Part shown: piece by piece, positions 28,252-37,021 of the stretch
Position numbering within the stretch: position 1 is the first letter of the stretch
How the letters are laid out: each line of letters opens with the position of its first letter
NCBI GenBank assembly: GCA_038150265.1
Contig: JAYOTF010000004.1
Location: forward strand, 1-64,000
Source: Deltaproteobacteria bacterium
GTDB lineage: Bacteria > SAR324 > NAC60-12
Direction: 5' to 3'
Length of the DNA stretch: 64,000 nucleotides
Translations under genes and position numbers: made by a program
Notes under the pieces: model-generated
Database searches by the model: none
The model's input: only the letters and a program-made list of their open reading frames with translations
What the model was told of the DNA's origin: nothing

Positions 28252-28992
28252 TTGAAAATGAATCCGATCAAAGAAGGACAGCGTGTTCCCGAAGTCAACT
28301 TCCGCTTCCGCGTCAATGGAGAATGGAAGGATGTCAGCACCCAGGACCTGTTTGGCGGCAAGACCGTGGTGGTCTTCAGCCTGCCCGGCGCCTTCACCCC
28401 AACCTGCTCCGGCTCGCATGTGCCGCGCTACAACCAGCTGGTCCCGACCTTTGAGAAGGCGGGTGTGGACGACGTGCTCTGTGTGTCGGTCAACGACGCC
28501 TTTGTGATGGACGCCTGGAAGGCGGAGCAGCAGGCCGACAACGTGACCTTTGTTCCGGATGGCAATGCGGACTTTACCCGGGGAATGGGCCTGCTCGTCA
28601 GCAAGGATGACCTGGGATTTGGGGAGCGGAGCTGGCGTTACTCCATGCTTGTGAAGGATGGGGTGATTGAGAAGCTGTTCATTGAGCCCGACAAGCCGGG
28701 TGACCCGTTTGAGGTGTCAGACGCCGACACCATGCTGGCCTACCTGAACCAGCCGGCTCCGGAGGATGTGATCCTCTTCACCCGCGCCAACTGCGGACAC
28801 TGCCGGCGGGCCAAGGAGCTGCTGAAGGCAAATGGAATGAGCTACTCGGAGGTGCCCGCCACCCCAGGCATGCTCAAGGCCGTTTCCGGACACCAGAGCA
28901 CCCCACAGGTGTTCATTGGCGGCCAACACATCGGAGGCGCCGATGCGCTGGAGCAGTGGTTTCAGGGCCAGAACCTGAAGGCGGCTGCCTGA
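28252..28992 (+). CDS. Hybrid peroxiredoxin 5-glutaredoxin
   Basis: [32 protein letters not shown]; Grx domain [12 protein letters not shown]. Confidence 0.95.
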   Translation: MKMNPIKEGQRVPEVNFRFRVNGEWKDVSTQDLFGGKTVVVFSLPGAFTPTCSGSHVPRYNQLVPTFEKAGVDDVLCVSVNDAFVMDAWKAEQQADNVTFVPDGNADFTRGMGLLVSKDDLGFGERSWRYSMLVKDGVIEKLFIEPDKPGDPFEVSDADTMLAYLNQPAPEDVILFTRANCGHCRRAKELLKANGMSYSEVPATPGMLKAVSGHQSTPQVFIGGQHIGGADALEQWFQGQNLKAAA

Positions 28993-29002
28993 AGGAACCC
29001 GG

Positions 29003-29962
29003 CTAGAGCGGCCAGATCAGGACCAGGTAAATGAGGTACGTCCCGACAAAGAACACGCCTTCTTGTCGGGACAGCTCATAGCCGGTCCACGCCGTGGGGA
29101 GCATGACAAATGCCAGCACCATCATGAAGAGGAAGTCGATCAGGTTGATGCCGACTCCGGCAAGCGGAGCAACGGTGCCTGCCGAACCGATCACGAAGCA
29201 GAGGTTGGCAATGTTGGACCCCACGGCGTTTCCTACCGCCAGGTCGGTTTGCTTGCGCAGCGCGGCGGTGATGGAAGTGGCCAACTCCGGAGAGCTGGTG
29301 CCAATGGAGACAATGGTCAGGCCGATGATCGCTTCGCTGATGCCCAGATTCTGAGCCACATTCACCGATCCGGTCACCAGCCAGTCTGAGCCAAATCCCA
29401 GCAGAATCATACCGATCAGGAGCGCCAGCACATCTCGCTCTGCACTCTTTCCCACCTCAATTTCCTCATCAGGCTCCCCTTCGATCTCCCCCGCCTGTCG
29501 GGCGGCAACGATGTTTCCCACGATGTAGGAGAGCATGCAGAAGAGCAGAAACAGGGACTCGCGCTGTGAGAAGATGCCATCTTCAAAGAAGACGAAGGCC
29601 AGGACCGACAGCAGGATCATGGAAGGGATGTCGGCCTTGACCAGGCGTTTCTGCACCCGAAGGGGCTGAATGAGCGCCGCAATGCCCAGAACCAGAGCGA
29701 TGTTCAGGATGTTGGACCCGAGGACGTTTCCAACGGCCAGCGCCCCCTTTCCGGCCAGAGAGGACTGCACACTCACCACGGCTTCGGGCATGCTGGTGCC
29801 TGCCGCGACAATCGTCAGCCCCACCATGACCGGGGGAATGCCCATGCGGACGGCGAGGGAGCAACTGGAGCCAACCATCCACTCTGCTCCGTAGTAGAGT
29901 GCCATCAGGCCGGCAATGATCAGGACGTAACTGTTGATGCTACTCAGAATGGATTCGTACAT
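29003..29962 (-). CDS. Calcium/sodium antiporter (YrbG family)
   Basis: Two alpha repeats GTSMPE..GNVLGSN and GTSSPE..GNAVGSN. Confidence 0.93.
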   Translation of the reverse strand: MYESILSSINSYVLIIAGLMALYYGAEWMVGSSCSLAVRMGIPPVMVGLTIVAAGTSMPEAVVSVQSSLAGKGALAVGNVLGSNILNIALVLGIAALIQPLRVQKRLVKADIPSMILLSVLAFVFFEDGIFSQRESLFLLFCMLSYIVGNIVAARQAGEIEGEPDEEIEVGKSAERDVLALLIGMILLGFGSDWLVTGSVNVAQNLGISEAIIGLTIVSIGTSSPELATSITAALRKQTDLAVGNAVGSNIANLCFVIGSAGTVAPLAGVGINLIDFLFMMVLAFVMLPTAWTGYELSRQEGVFFVGTYLIYLVLIWPL

Positions 29963-30099
29963 CGCGGGTCGATGAGGGGCGGGAAGGGGCCTCCAAGGAA
30001 GTTGAGGGGGATGCGTCCGCTTCATGCCGGTGTCCGCACCGGCCACTCCAAAGGGGACGCTTCGATTTCAGTCTCCTTCCCGAGACTGAAAAATATGGT

Positions 30100-30690
30100 T
30101 TACTTCAGGGCACTAAAGCGCACCCCCACCACGAGAACACCGATGGCTTTTCCAGCGTCCATGACGGGGACCGAGATCTGTACCAGCATGGCTCTTGAAC
30201 TGTCATCCAATTCAGGTTCGCCATAGTATACTTTTCCCGATCCATCTGCAAAGGATTCTAGCCATTTTTCTTCGTCTCCCTGCCAGTAATCCGAGGTCGT
30301 CTTGCTCATCGCAATATTGGCCCCTTGATTTCCCGTCAGGAACGCTTCCGGGTAACGTCCACGACCTTCCTTGTTTTTTGTGCTCAGCCACTCACCGAGT
30401 GGGTGAGTGAGGCAGGCCTTCATGAGCGCCGTTTCCTGCTTTGAGGAAGCCGCCTGGATCCACGCAGCGTCGCGTTGCTTGATTTCCCCAAGGGACAGGC
30501 CCTGTGCATTGTGAGCCTTCACCGCGTCAATGAATTGAGGCTGTGCCACCCACTGCTGGATCACCTTTGCCTCAGCATCCATCTGGGCCTGCACCTCGGG
30601 GGTAATGCTGGGGCCTGCCGCCTGAAGCGAAGCCGTCAGACTGGCCAACAGGCCAAGGGACAGGAGCACCAAAGCGATTCGTTTCATCAT
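30100..30690 (-). CDS. Stand-alone periplasmic PDC/Cache-like sensor protein
   Basis: Signal peptide; EAFLTGNQGANIA..TSDYWQGDEEKW..ELDDSS..VQISVPV.D.GKAIGVLVVG; no TM or output domain. Confidence 0.8.
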   Translation of the reverse strand: MMKRIALVLLSLGLLASLTASLQAAGPSITPEVQAQMDAEAKVIQQWVAQPQFIDAVKAHNAQGLSLGEIKQRDAAWIQAASSKQETALMKACLTHPLGEWLSTKNKEGRGRYPEAFLTGNQGANIAMSKTTSDYWQGDEEKWLESFADGSGKVYYGEPELDDSSRAMLVQISVPVMDAGKAIGVLVVGVRFSALK

Positions 30691-30732
30691 ACTCTCTCTC
30701 GTTGGTTCTTGAAGGAAGCAGCCACCGCTGCC

Positions 30733-32328
30733 TCAGTTGGAAGAAGCCCCCAGCAGTTTCCTGAGGGGCGGCACGGAGTTCCGCTCTGGGGAAGCAGAGC
30801 GGGTGGAGAACCCCAGGGCAGAAGACGTATCCGTGATCAACTCACGAATCCGTGCGGCCTGGAGTGAAAGATCCGAGGCGAATCCTGTCACCTCTTCTGA
30901 TTGATTCGCATTCTGCTGAGTGGTCTGTTCAATGGTCGTGAGGCTCGTGCCCACCTGGCGGATGCCCTCGTCTTGCTCACCAGAAGCGGCGCTGATGCCA
31001 CTGACGAGGCGCTCAATGTTTTCCGCCCGCTGCGTCTGTTCCCGGGCAAACCGGGCGACCTCTTCCATCAGGTTCGCGGCAGAGGCGACTTCCTGCAGCA
31101 TGTCCCGGAGCACCGCCTCTCCGTTCACGGCAATTTCATTTCCGGAGTCGGCCTTCTCTGCGGTTTCCTTGATCAGGGCGCCAATTTCCTTCGCAGCCTC
31201 CTTTGAGTTTTCTGCCAGCTTGGACACCTCATCGGCCACCACGGCAAAGCCCTTCCCCTGCTCCCCGGCCCGTGCCGCCTCAATGGCGGCGTTGGTGGCC
31301 AGCATCTTCGTCTGGTGGGTGATCTCATTGATCGTGTCAATGATGGAGGAGATGCGCATGCCACTTTCATGAATGGACCGCATGGCCTGAAGCAGGGCTC
31401 CCACCACATCGACTCCTCGCTCAGCGGCAGACGACGCATCCTTCGTGATCTTTGCCACCTCCAGGGAACGTTCGCTGGATTGGGAAATGAAGGAGGCCAT
31501 TTCCTGAGTCGCCTGCAGGGCATCGCGGGAACTTTCAGCGTTCTGGCGAGTCTGCGAGGCCAACTCCGTGATGGTGGAGGTCGTTTCCTCCAGGCTGGAC
31601 GCCTGAGAAGACGCCCCCGACGAAAGAGAGTGAGCGCTCGACTCCAGGTTATGGGCCACCCGGACCAACTCCTCAACCGCCAGCCCCAGCTGCTCGGTGA
31701 GCTTCCCCAGCTCCTGCATGATGTTCCGGGTCGACAGCCACCCGGCCACGATAATCAGCACCCCCAACCCGGCCACCAGAGCCAGCAGCACTGTCACCGC
31801 CTGATGCCGAAGGTCTTCAGCTTCTTTCTCAAGCCGATCAATCTGGGTCCGGTGGTACTTCAGCGCCTCACTGAAGTGCCCGAGGGTCGCATCGTAGCGG
31901 TTCCGTCCCTCTCCCATCAACAGGGCGTAGGCCTCTTCCTTCGCGTATTCGTTGCTGAGATCCAGGGACTGTCGCGCCACCTCCTCAAAGCCCATCCAGG
32001 CGTCTGTTCCCTGCGCTTCGAGCTTGTAGTGCTCCTCATGCTGCTGAATCGCCTTCAGGACGGCTCCCTTTGCCTCCATTGCCTGCTGCTCCAGCGTCGC
32101 CATCTGATCCGGATCCTGCGCGCCAACGTGTGAGATCAGCAGCAGCAGCGTCCGCTGAGCCTGTTGCTGAATCCGTTCCACCTCAAAAACGGGGGCGGCG
32201 TGATCTTCTACCAAACGTTCTGAGATATCAGCGACTCCTTTGGTGTAGTAATACCCCATGCTTCCTAAAATCAGGAAACACACCAACGTAAATGCGGAGG
32301 TTAGGTAGAGCTTTGTCCGGACAGTCAT
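30733..32328 (-). CDS. Methyl-accepting chemotaxis protein with four-helix-bundle sensor
   Basis: Two TM helices, [23 protein letters not shown]. Confidence 0.93.
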   Translation of the reverse strand: MTVRTKLYLTSAFTLVCFLILGSMGYYYTKGVADISERLVEDHAAPVFEVERIQQQAQRTLLLLISHVGAQDPDQMATLEQQAMEAKGAVLKAIQQHEEHYKLEAQGTDAWMGFEEVARQSLDLSNEYAKEEAYALLMGEGRNRYDATLGHFSEALKYHRTQIDRLEKEAEDLRHQAVTVLLALVAGLGVLIIVAGWLSTRNIMQELGKLTEQLGLAVEELVRVAHNLESSAHSLSSGASSQASSLEETTSTITELASQTRQNAESSRDALQATQEMASFISQSSERSLEVAKITKDASSAAERGVDVVGALLQAMRSIHESGMRISSIIDTINEITHQTKMLATNAAIEAARAGEQGKGFAVVADEVSKLAENSKEAAKEIGALIKETAEKADSGNEIAVNGEAVLRDMLQEVASAANLMEEVARFAREQTQRAENIERLVSGISAASGEQDEGIRQVGTSLTTIEQTTQQNANQSEEVTGFASDLSLQAARIRELITDTSSALGFSTRSASPERNSVPPLRKLLGASSN

Positions 32329-32340
32329 AGTTCCTCAAGG

Positions 32341-32430
32341 TAATAAATTATGATGACATTAAAAATAATTTATAAAATTATTTTTCGGACATTAAAATTT
32401 GATTAGATTCATGAAACCATGAATCGATGA
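32341..32430. promoter_or_regulatory. AT-rich regulatory region upstream of the MCP with inverted and direct repeats
   Basis: AAAAATAATTT-ATA-AAATTATTTTT, GATTCATG-AAAC-CATGAATC, GACATTAAAA twice. Confidence 0.65.
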
Positions 32431-32482
32431 ATTTGGTTCCTACGGTCCGAAACGTTAGGAAACGGAAGCGTCAAACAAGGGT

Positions 32483-33472
32483 TTAGACCACCGTCAGCAA
32501 CACGGTCAACGTGACCACGCTAAAGAGCGTCGAAAAGAGGACCGTTGTGGTCACAAAGCTGGGAATGAGCTGGTACTCCAATGCAATGATTGACACCAGC
32601 ACGGCTGCTGGCATCGCTGCCTGCAGAATCCCAGTCGCCCGCTCCAGTCCCACCAACCCAAAAAAGGGGACCACGAGCAGCGCCACCAGTGGTCCTCCCA
32701 GCAAGCGGAGTCCAGTTGCCACCCAGACGTTGAAGTCAATCGTGATGTCCCGGACTTCAGAGAGCTGCACCCCCAGCGTCACCAACATCACGGGGACCAT
32801 CGCCTGGGCCAGCAGCCCAGTCATGCGCTCCGCAAAGATCGGCACCGGCGTTTCGGTCAGCGTGAATGCCAGGGCCGGTAGCAGAGCCAGCAGCGCCGGG
32901 GTCTTGAACACCTCCAGCGTGGCCCGGAGCCCACCACGACGTCCCCAGTTTGCCACACTGACACAAATGATAAAGGACGAGATCATGATGGCGAGAAAAA
33001 AGACCGTCGCCGGGAGGCGTGACTCCACACCAAAGCGGAATTCGATCAGCGACAGGCCGAAGTTGCCGACGTTCCCAAACACGGCAATCATCATGAAGGC
33101 TGCCGTCATCTCCGAAGAGCGCCGGAGCAGCTTTCCACTCAACCACGCCAGCAACGTGACCCCGGCCTGAATCCCCAGGGCGGCGCCCACCATCCGCAGC
33201 AGCGTCCCCGCCTCCACCGCAGAGGTGCTGATGATGTTGAAGACAAAGGACGGAACAAAGAGGAAGTACGCCACCCGGGAAAGGGTCCGGGCTTCCAGCG
33301 CCAGCCGAGGTCCTGCCAGGTAACCGATGAGGACCAGCAGAAAGACCGGGGTCACCACATCCACAAACACCCCCAGCAGGGGGCCCAGGGCGTGTCCGGT
33401 CAGCTGGTTGTAAAGCAGAACCGCTCCCAGGAGGAACCCGAGGAGTCCGAGGTACTGAGCCACCTTTCGCAC
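32483..33472 (-). CDS. AEC-family transporter
   Basis: About 10 TM segments, FGNVGNFG, PVMLVTLGVQL, ILQAAMPAAV. Confidence 0.88.
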   Translation of the reverse strand: MRKVAQYLGLLGFLLGAVLLYNQLTGHALGPLLGVFVDVVTPVFLLVLIGYLAGPRLALEARTLSRVAYFLFVPSFVFNIISTSAVEAGTLLRMVGAALGIQAGVTLLAWLSGKLLRRSSEMTAAFMMIAVFGNVGNFGLSLIEFRFGVESRLPATVFFLAIMISSFIICVSVANWGRRGGLRATLEVFKTPALLALLPALAFTLTETPVPIFAERMTGLLAQAMVPVMLVTLGVQLSEVRDITIDFNVWVATGLRLLGGPLVALLVVPFFGLVGLERATGILQAAMPAAVLVSIIALEYQLIPSFVTTTVLFSTLFSVVTLTVLLTVV

Positions 33473-33479
33473 ATCGGCC

Positions 33480-33842
33480 TCAGACCAGGCGTTTGACCGT
33501 GTCCAGCAGCTGCTGACTCTGAAAAGGCTTCTCCAGGGTCGCATCCACGCCCAGGTCCTCGGTCATGCGCAGGTAGTCGACCCCATTGATGTTGCCGCCT
33601 CCGGAGATGGCAATGATCTTCACCGCCTGACTCTTCTGCCGGATCCCGACGATCACACTGATGCCATCCTGCTGCGGCATGATCAGGTCGGTGATGATCA
33701 CGTCAAAGGAGTGCCTGGAGAAGAGGGTCATGCCCTCCCGTCCGTCTTGAGCCGAAGTCACCTGGTGCCCGTGCAGTTCCAGCATCTCGGCAATGGTTTC
33801 ACGGAACTCGGGGTGATCTTCAATGAGGAGAATCTTTGCCAT
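33480..33842 (-). CDS. Single-domain response regulator
   Basis: MAKILLIED, IITDLIMP, IIAISGGG, LEKPF. Confidence 0.92.
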   Translation of the reverse strand: MAKILLIEDHPEFRETIAEMLELHGHQVTSAQDGREGMTLFSRHSFDVIITDLIMPQQDGISVIVGIRQKSQAVKIIAISGGGNINGVDYLRMTEDLGVDATLEKPFQSQQLLDTVKRLV

Positions 33843-33861
33843 GAAGGGGTACCAAGGCCTT

Positions 33862-35163
33862 TTAAGAAAGGGTGTGTTGCAGGGCCTGATCGAGGTCACT
33901 GATGAGGTCGTCAACCCGTTCCAGTCCCACAGACAGACGGATGACTTCGGCGCCAGCGCCGGCAGCGGCACGCTGCTCATCCGTCAGCTGCCGGTGCGTG
34001 GTGGAGGCGGGGTGGATGATCAGGGAGCGGGTGTCTCCAATGTTGGCAACATGGCTGAGCAGCTCCACTGATTCGACCAACTGGACTCCGGCGTCAAAGC
34101 CGCCCTTGAGACCAAAGGTAAACACAGACCCCGCCCCGTGCGGGAGGTAGGTTTGGGCCAGGGAGTAGAAGGCGTTTTCGGGAAGCCCCGCGTAGGAGAC
34201 CCAGTCCACGGCCGGGTGCGTCTCCAGGAATTCCGCCACCTTCTGAGCATTCTCACAGTGCCGCTCCATGCGCAGCGCCAGCGTCTCAATGCCATTCAGC
34301 GTCAGCCAGGCATGAAACGGCGACAGCGTTGCCCCCAGGTCCCGGAGGCTCACCGCATGGCTGTACAGGGTGAACGCCAGGTCGTTTCCAAAGGTTTCGG
34401 CAAAGGTGATGCCGCTGTATTCGGAGGCGGGTGTGCTGAGGCTCGGAAACTTCGGGTTGTTGAGCCACGGAAAGGTGCCGGCGTCCACCACCACGCCTCC
34501 CACGGCATTGCCCTGCCCGGAGAGGAACTTGGTGGTGGAGTGGGTCACCAGGTCAGCGCCCCACTCAATGGGACGGCAAAGGGCAGGAGTCGCCATCGTG
34601 TTGTCCACAATCAGCGGCACCCCCGCTTCCTGAGCCACCTTCGCAATGGCTTCCAGGTCCATCACCACGCCTCCCGGATTCGCCAGGCTCTCAATGAAGA
34701 TCGCCCTCGTCTTTTCCGTGACCGCGCGGCGGAAGGCCTCCGGGTCGGTGGCTTCGACAAACACCGCCTGCCAGTCGAACTTCTGGAAGCTCTTTCCCAT
34801 CAGGTTGATGCTGCCGCCGTAGAGCTTGTTGGCCACAATCACCTCCATGCCTGGCGACATGAGGGCAAACAGGGCCAGCACCTCGGCGGCGTGTCCGGAC
34901 GCCGTACAGGTGGCGCCCCGGCCTCCTTCCAGAGTCGCCAGGCGCTCTTCCAAAGCGGCAACGGTTGGATTCGTCAGACGCGAGTAGATGAACCCGGGAG
35001 ACTGCAAATTGAAGAGCGACGCGGCATGATCGGCATCTTCAAAAACATAGGACGTCGTCTGATAGATCGGAAACGAACGGGCGCCGGTAACCGGGTCCGG
35101 AGGCGTTCCGGCATGGATGGCCAGGGTTTCAAAACCATACTGCGGGTGAAGGGGCTGCTTCAT
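33862..35163 (-). CDS. metY: O-acetylhomoserine aminocarboxypropyltransferase (sulfhydrylase)
   Basis: PIYQTTSY, YSRLTNPT, HSTTKF PLP lysine, HVANIGD, IHPASTTH. Confidence 0.95.
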   Translation of the reverse strand: MKQPLHPQYGFETLAIHAGTPPDPVTGARSFPIYQTTSYVFEDADHAASLFNLQSPGFIYSRLTNPTVAALEERLATLEGGRGATCTASGHAAEVLALFALMSPGMEVIVANKLYGGSINLMGKSFQKFDWQAVFVEATDPEAFRRAVTEKTRAIFIESLANPGGVVMDLEAIAKVAQEAGVPLIVDNTMATPALCRPIEWGADLVTHSTTKFLSGQGNAVGGVVVDAGTFPWLNNPKFPSLSTPASEYSGITFAETFGNDLAFTLYSHAVSLRDLGATLSPFHAWLTLNGIETLALRMERHCENAQKVAEFLETHPAVDWVSYAGLPENAFYSLAQTYLPHGAGSVFTFGLKGGFDAGVQLVESVELLSHVANIGDTRSLIIHPASTTHRQLTDEQRAAAGAGAEVIRLSVGLERVDDLISDLDQALQHTLS

Positions 35164-35636
35164 GCTCGTCTCCTGCGACTGGAAATCACTCCGGTGTTGA
35201 TGCCCTGCCAGCCCAGCTCCCCCCAGAGGCGCGAGTACTCGATCTTCGGGCAGCGGTTCATGACGACGGTCAGACCACCCGCCTCGGCAATCTCTCGAGC
35301 CTCTTCACTGACCACACCAATCTGGAGCCACAGCACCTTGGCGCCACAGCGGACGGCTTCCCGGGCAATTGCAGGGGCCTCCTCACTGCGCCGGAACACC
35401 TCCACCATGTCCACGGGCCCCACCTCGGCCAGCTCGGCCCGGACGGTTTCTCCGAGCAGCACCTGTCCGGCGGCTCCCGGATTGACGGGCAGCATGCGGT
35501 ATCCCTTCTGGGCGAGGTACTTCATCACAAAGAAGCTGGGTCGCTTCCAGTTGGTGGAGGCTCCGACCACCGCAATGCTCCGGACGTCGCGCAAGATGGT
35601 ACGGATCTCTCGATCGCTTAAGGCAGGTGGTGTCAC
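35160..35636 (-). CDS. CoA-binding protein (YccU-like)
   Basis: IAVVGAS, PVNP, VFRRS, LWLQIG, VMNRCPKIE. Confidence 0.92.
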   Translation of the reverse strand: MTPPALSDREIRTILRDVRSIAVVGASTNWKRPSFFVMKYLAQKGYRMLPVNPGAAGQVLLGETVRAELAEVGPVDMVEVFRRSEEAPAIAREAVRCGAKVLWLQIGVVSEEAREIAEAGGLTVVMNRCPKIEYSRLWGELGWQGINTGVISSRRRRA

Positions 35637-35893
35637 TCTTTTACTTCAGGATAGATGACCTTGGGGTACACCTCACGGCGCGGGATGAATTCGAGGGTCT
35701 TCCCCTCCTCACCATACCGGTAATACGGAATCAGCGAGGAGTGCTCCCGGTTCGGCAGGGTCCGGTGCGCTTCTTCAAGCCGGAGGGCGGCTTCCTGAGT
35801 GGGCGAGAGGGGCGGCGGCGGTTCTGACGAGGCGCACCCCAGCAGAGCCAGCCCAGCCAACGCCCCCCACATCCGGGACTTGAGCATAAGCAT
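35633..35893 (-). CDS. Small putative lipoprotein
   Basis: LALLGC lipobox; 4-bp overlap with the downstream gene. Confidence 0.6.
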   Translation of the reverse strand: MLMLKSRMWGALAGLALLGCASSEPPPPLSPTQEAALRLEEAHRTLPNREHSSLIPYYRYGEEGKTLEFIPRREVYPKVIYPEVKE

Positions 35894-35950
35894 CCAAAAG
35901 CGGAGAAGGCAGTTCAAACGGTGCAAGTATCAAAAAGCTCAGGGAAAAGC

Positions 35951-36667
35951 TCAAGTGGTTATCGGACGGTAGGCCACATGAACCGTGGAGGCGCCAAACA
36001 CGAAATCCTCAATCAAGACATTGCAAAAACCGGATTCCAGCAAAATCCGCCGCAGCGTCTCCTGATCCGGATAGGCCCGAGACGATTCAGGCAGGTACGT
36101 GAACATCTCCTGCCCAGGCATCAGCAGCTCCCCAATCTTCGGGACCACCTTGAAGAAGAAGAACCGGCTCAGGGCATCCACCACTGGCATCCGGACCTTT
36201 CCGACATCGAGGCTGACCAGGGTGCCGCCTGGCTTGAGAACCCGGTGGACCTCGGCCAGCGCGCCCTGGAGGTCGGGCACATTCCGGAGCCCATACCCCA
36301 CCGTGACGGCATCAAAGTGTGCGTCTGGAAACGGCAAGGCCATGGCATCGCCCCGGACGTAGGTGATTCCGGAGGCGGTTCGCTGCTCAGCGAGATCCAG
36401 CATCTCCTTCGCAAAGTCGAGCCCGATGATCTCGGCGCCGGGGTGCTGACGCTGGACGGCTCGGGCAATGTCCCCTGTTCCGCAACACAGGTCCAGGCAG
36501 CGCTCTCCGTCTCGCAGCCCCACCTGCCGGGCCACAAACCGCTTCCAGTAGCGGTGCAGGCCAAAGGTGATCAGGTCATTGAACCGGTCATACTGCTGGG
36601 CGATTTCGTCAAACTTCCGTTCAACGTATGCCGATTTTTCCGTGGCATCAGGGAGGCGGTAGTTCAT
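35951..36667 (-). CDS. ubiE: Ubiquinone/menaquinone C-methyltransferase UbiE/MenG
   Basis: FDEIAQQYDRFND..HRYWK, LDLCCGTGD, YGLRNV, YLPES. Confidence 0.9.
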   Translation of the reverse strand: MNYRLPDATEKSAYVERKFDEIAQQYDRFNDLITFGLHRYWKRFVARQVGLRDGERCLDLCCGTGDIARAVQRQHPGAEIIGLDFAKEMLDLAEQRTASGITYVRGDAMALPFPDAHFDAVTVGYGLRNVPDLQGALAEVHRVLKPGGTLVSLDVGKVRMPVVDALSRFFFFKVVPKIGELLMPGQEMFTYLPESSRAYPDQETLRRILLESGFCNVLIEDFVFGASTVHVAYRPITT

Positions 36668-37021
36668 GAGACTCAGGGAGAGAGAAAGGCGGCAACCTCG
36701 CTTCCGGGAGGCGTCCATCCCGGAATGGGACGGCTTTTCAGGGTACGGGAGCCTCTGGGAAGCCTAAAGTTTTTTCCACTGCGTCTTCGGTGCGAAACGC
36801 CTCGGTTTTCTGAACTCATTGAAATCGTTCAATCAAGCGTCCGGATTTTCCGGAATCGTCTGGTGAATGGGGGATTTCTCTGGGGAGAAGTTTGGGTTGC
36901 GGTTTCCACCAAGCCTTGTTAGCTTATCGCAGTTTTTGTGTGCTCACTAAGAGCGTCACCAGGCAGATGTGTCTGGCCCCCTGACTCCCAACCCTGACTG
37001 TCCATCACCATGGAAATCACA

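Noticed and set aside
33862..35950. SAM riboswitch upstream of metY
   Set aside because: metY is internal to an overlapping gene run with no leader space
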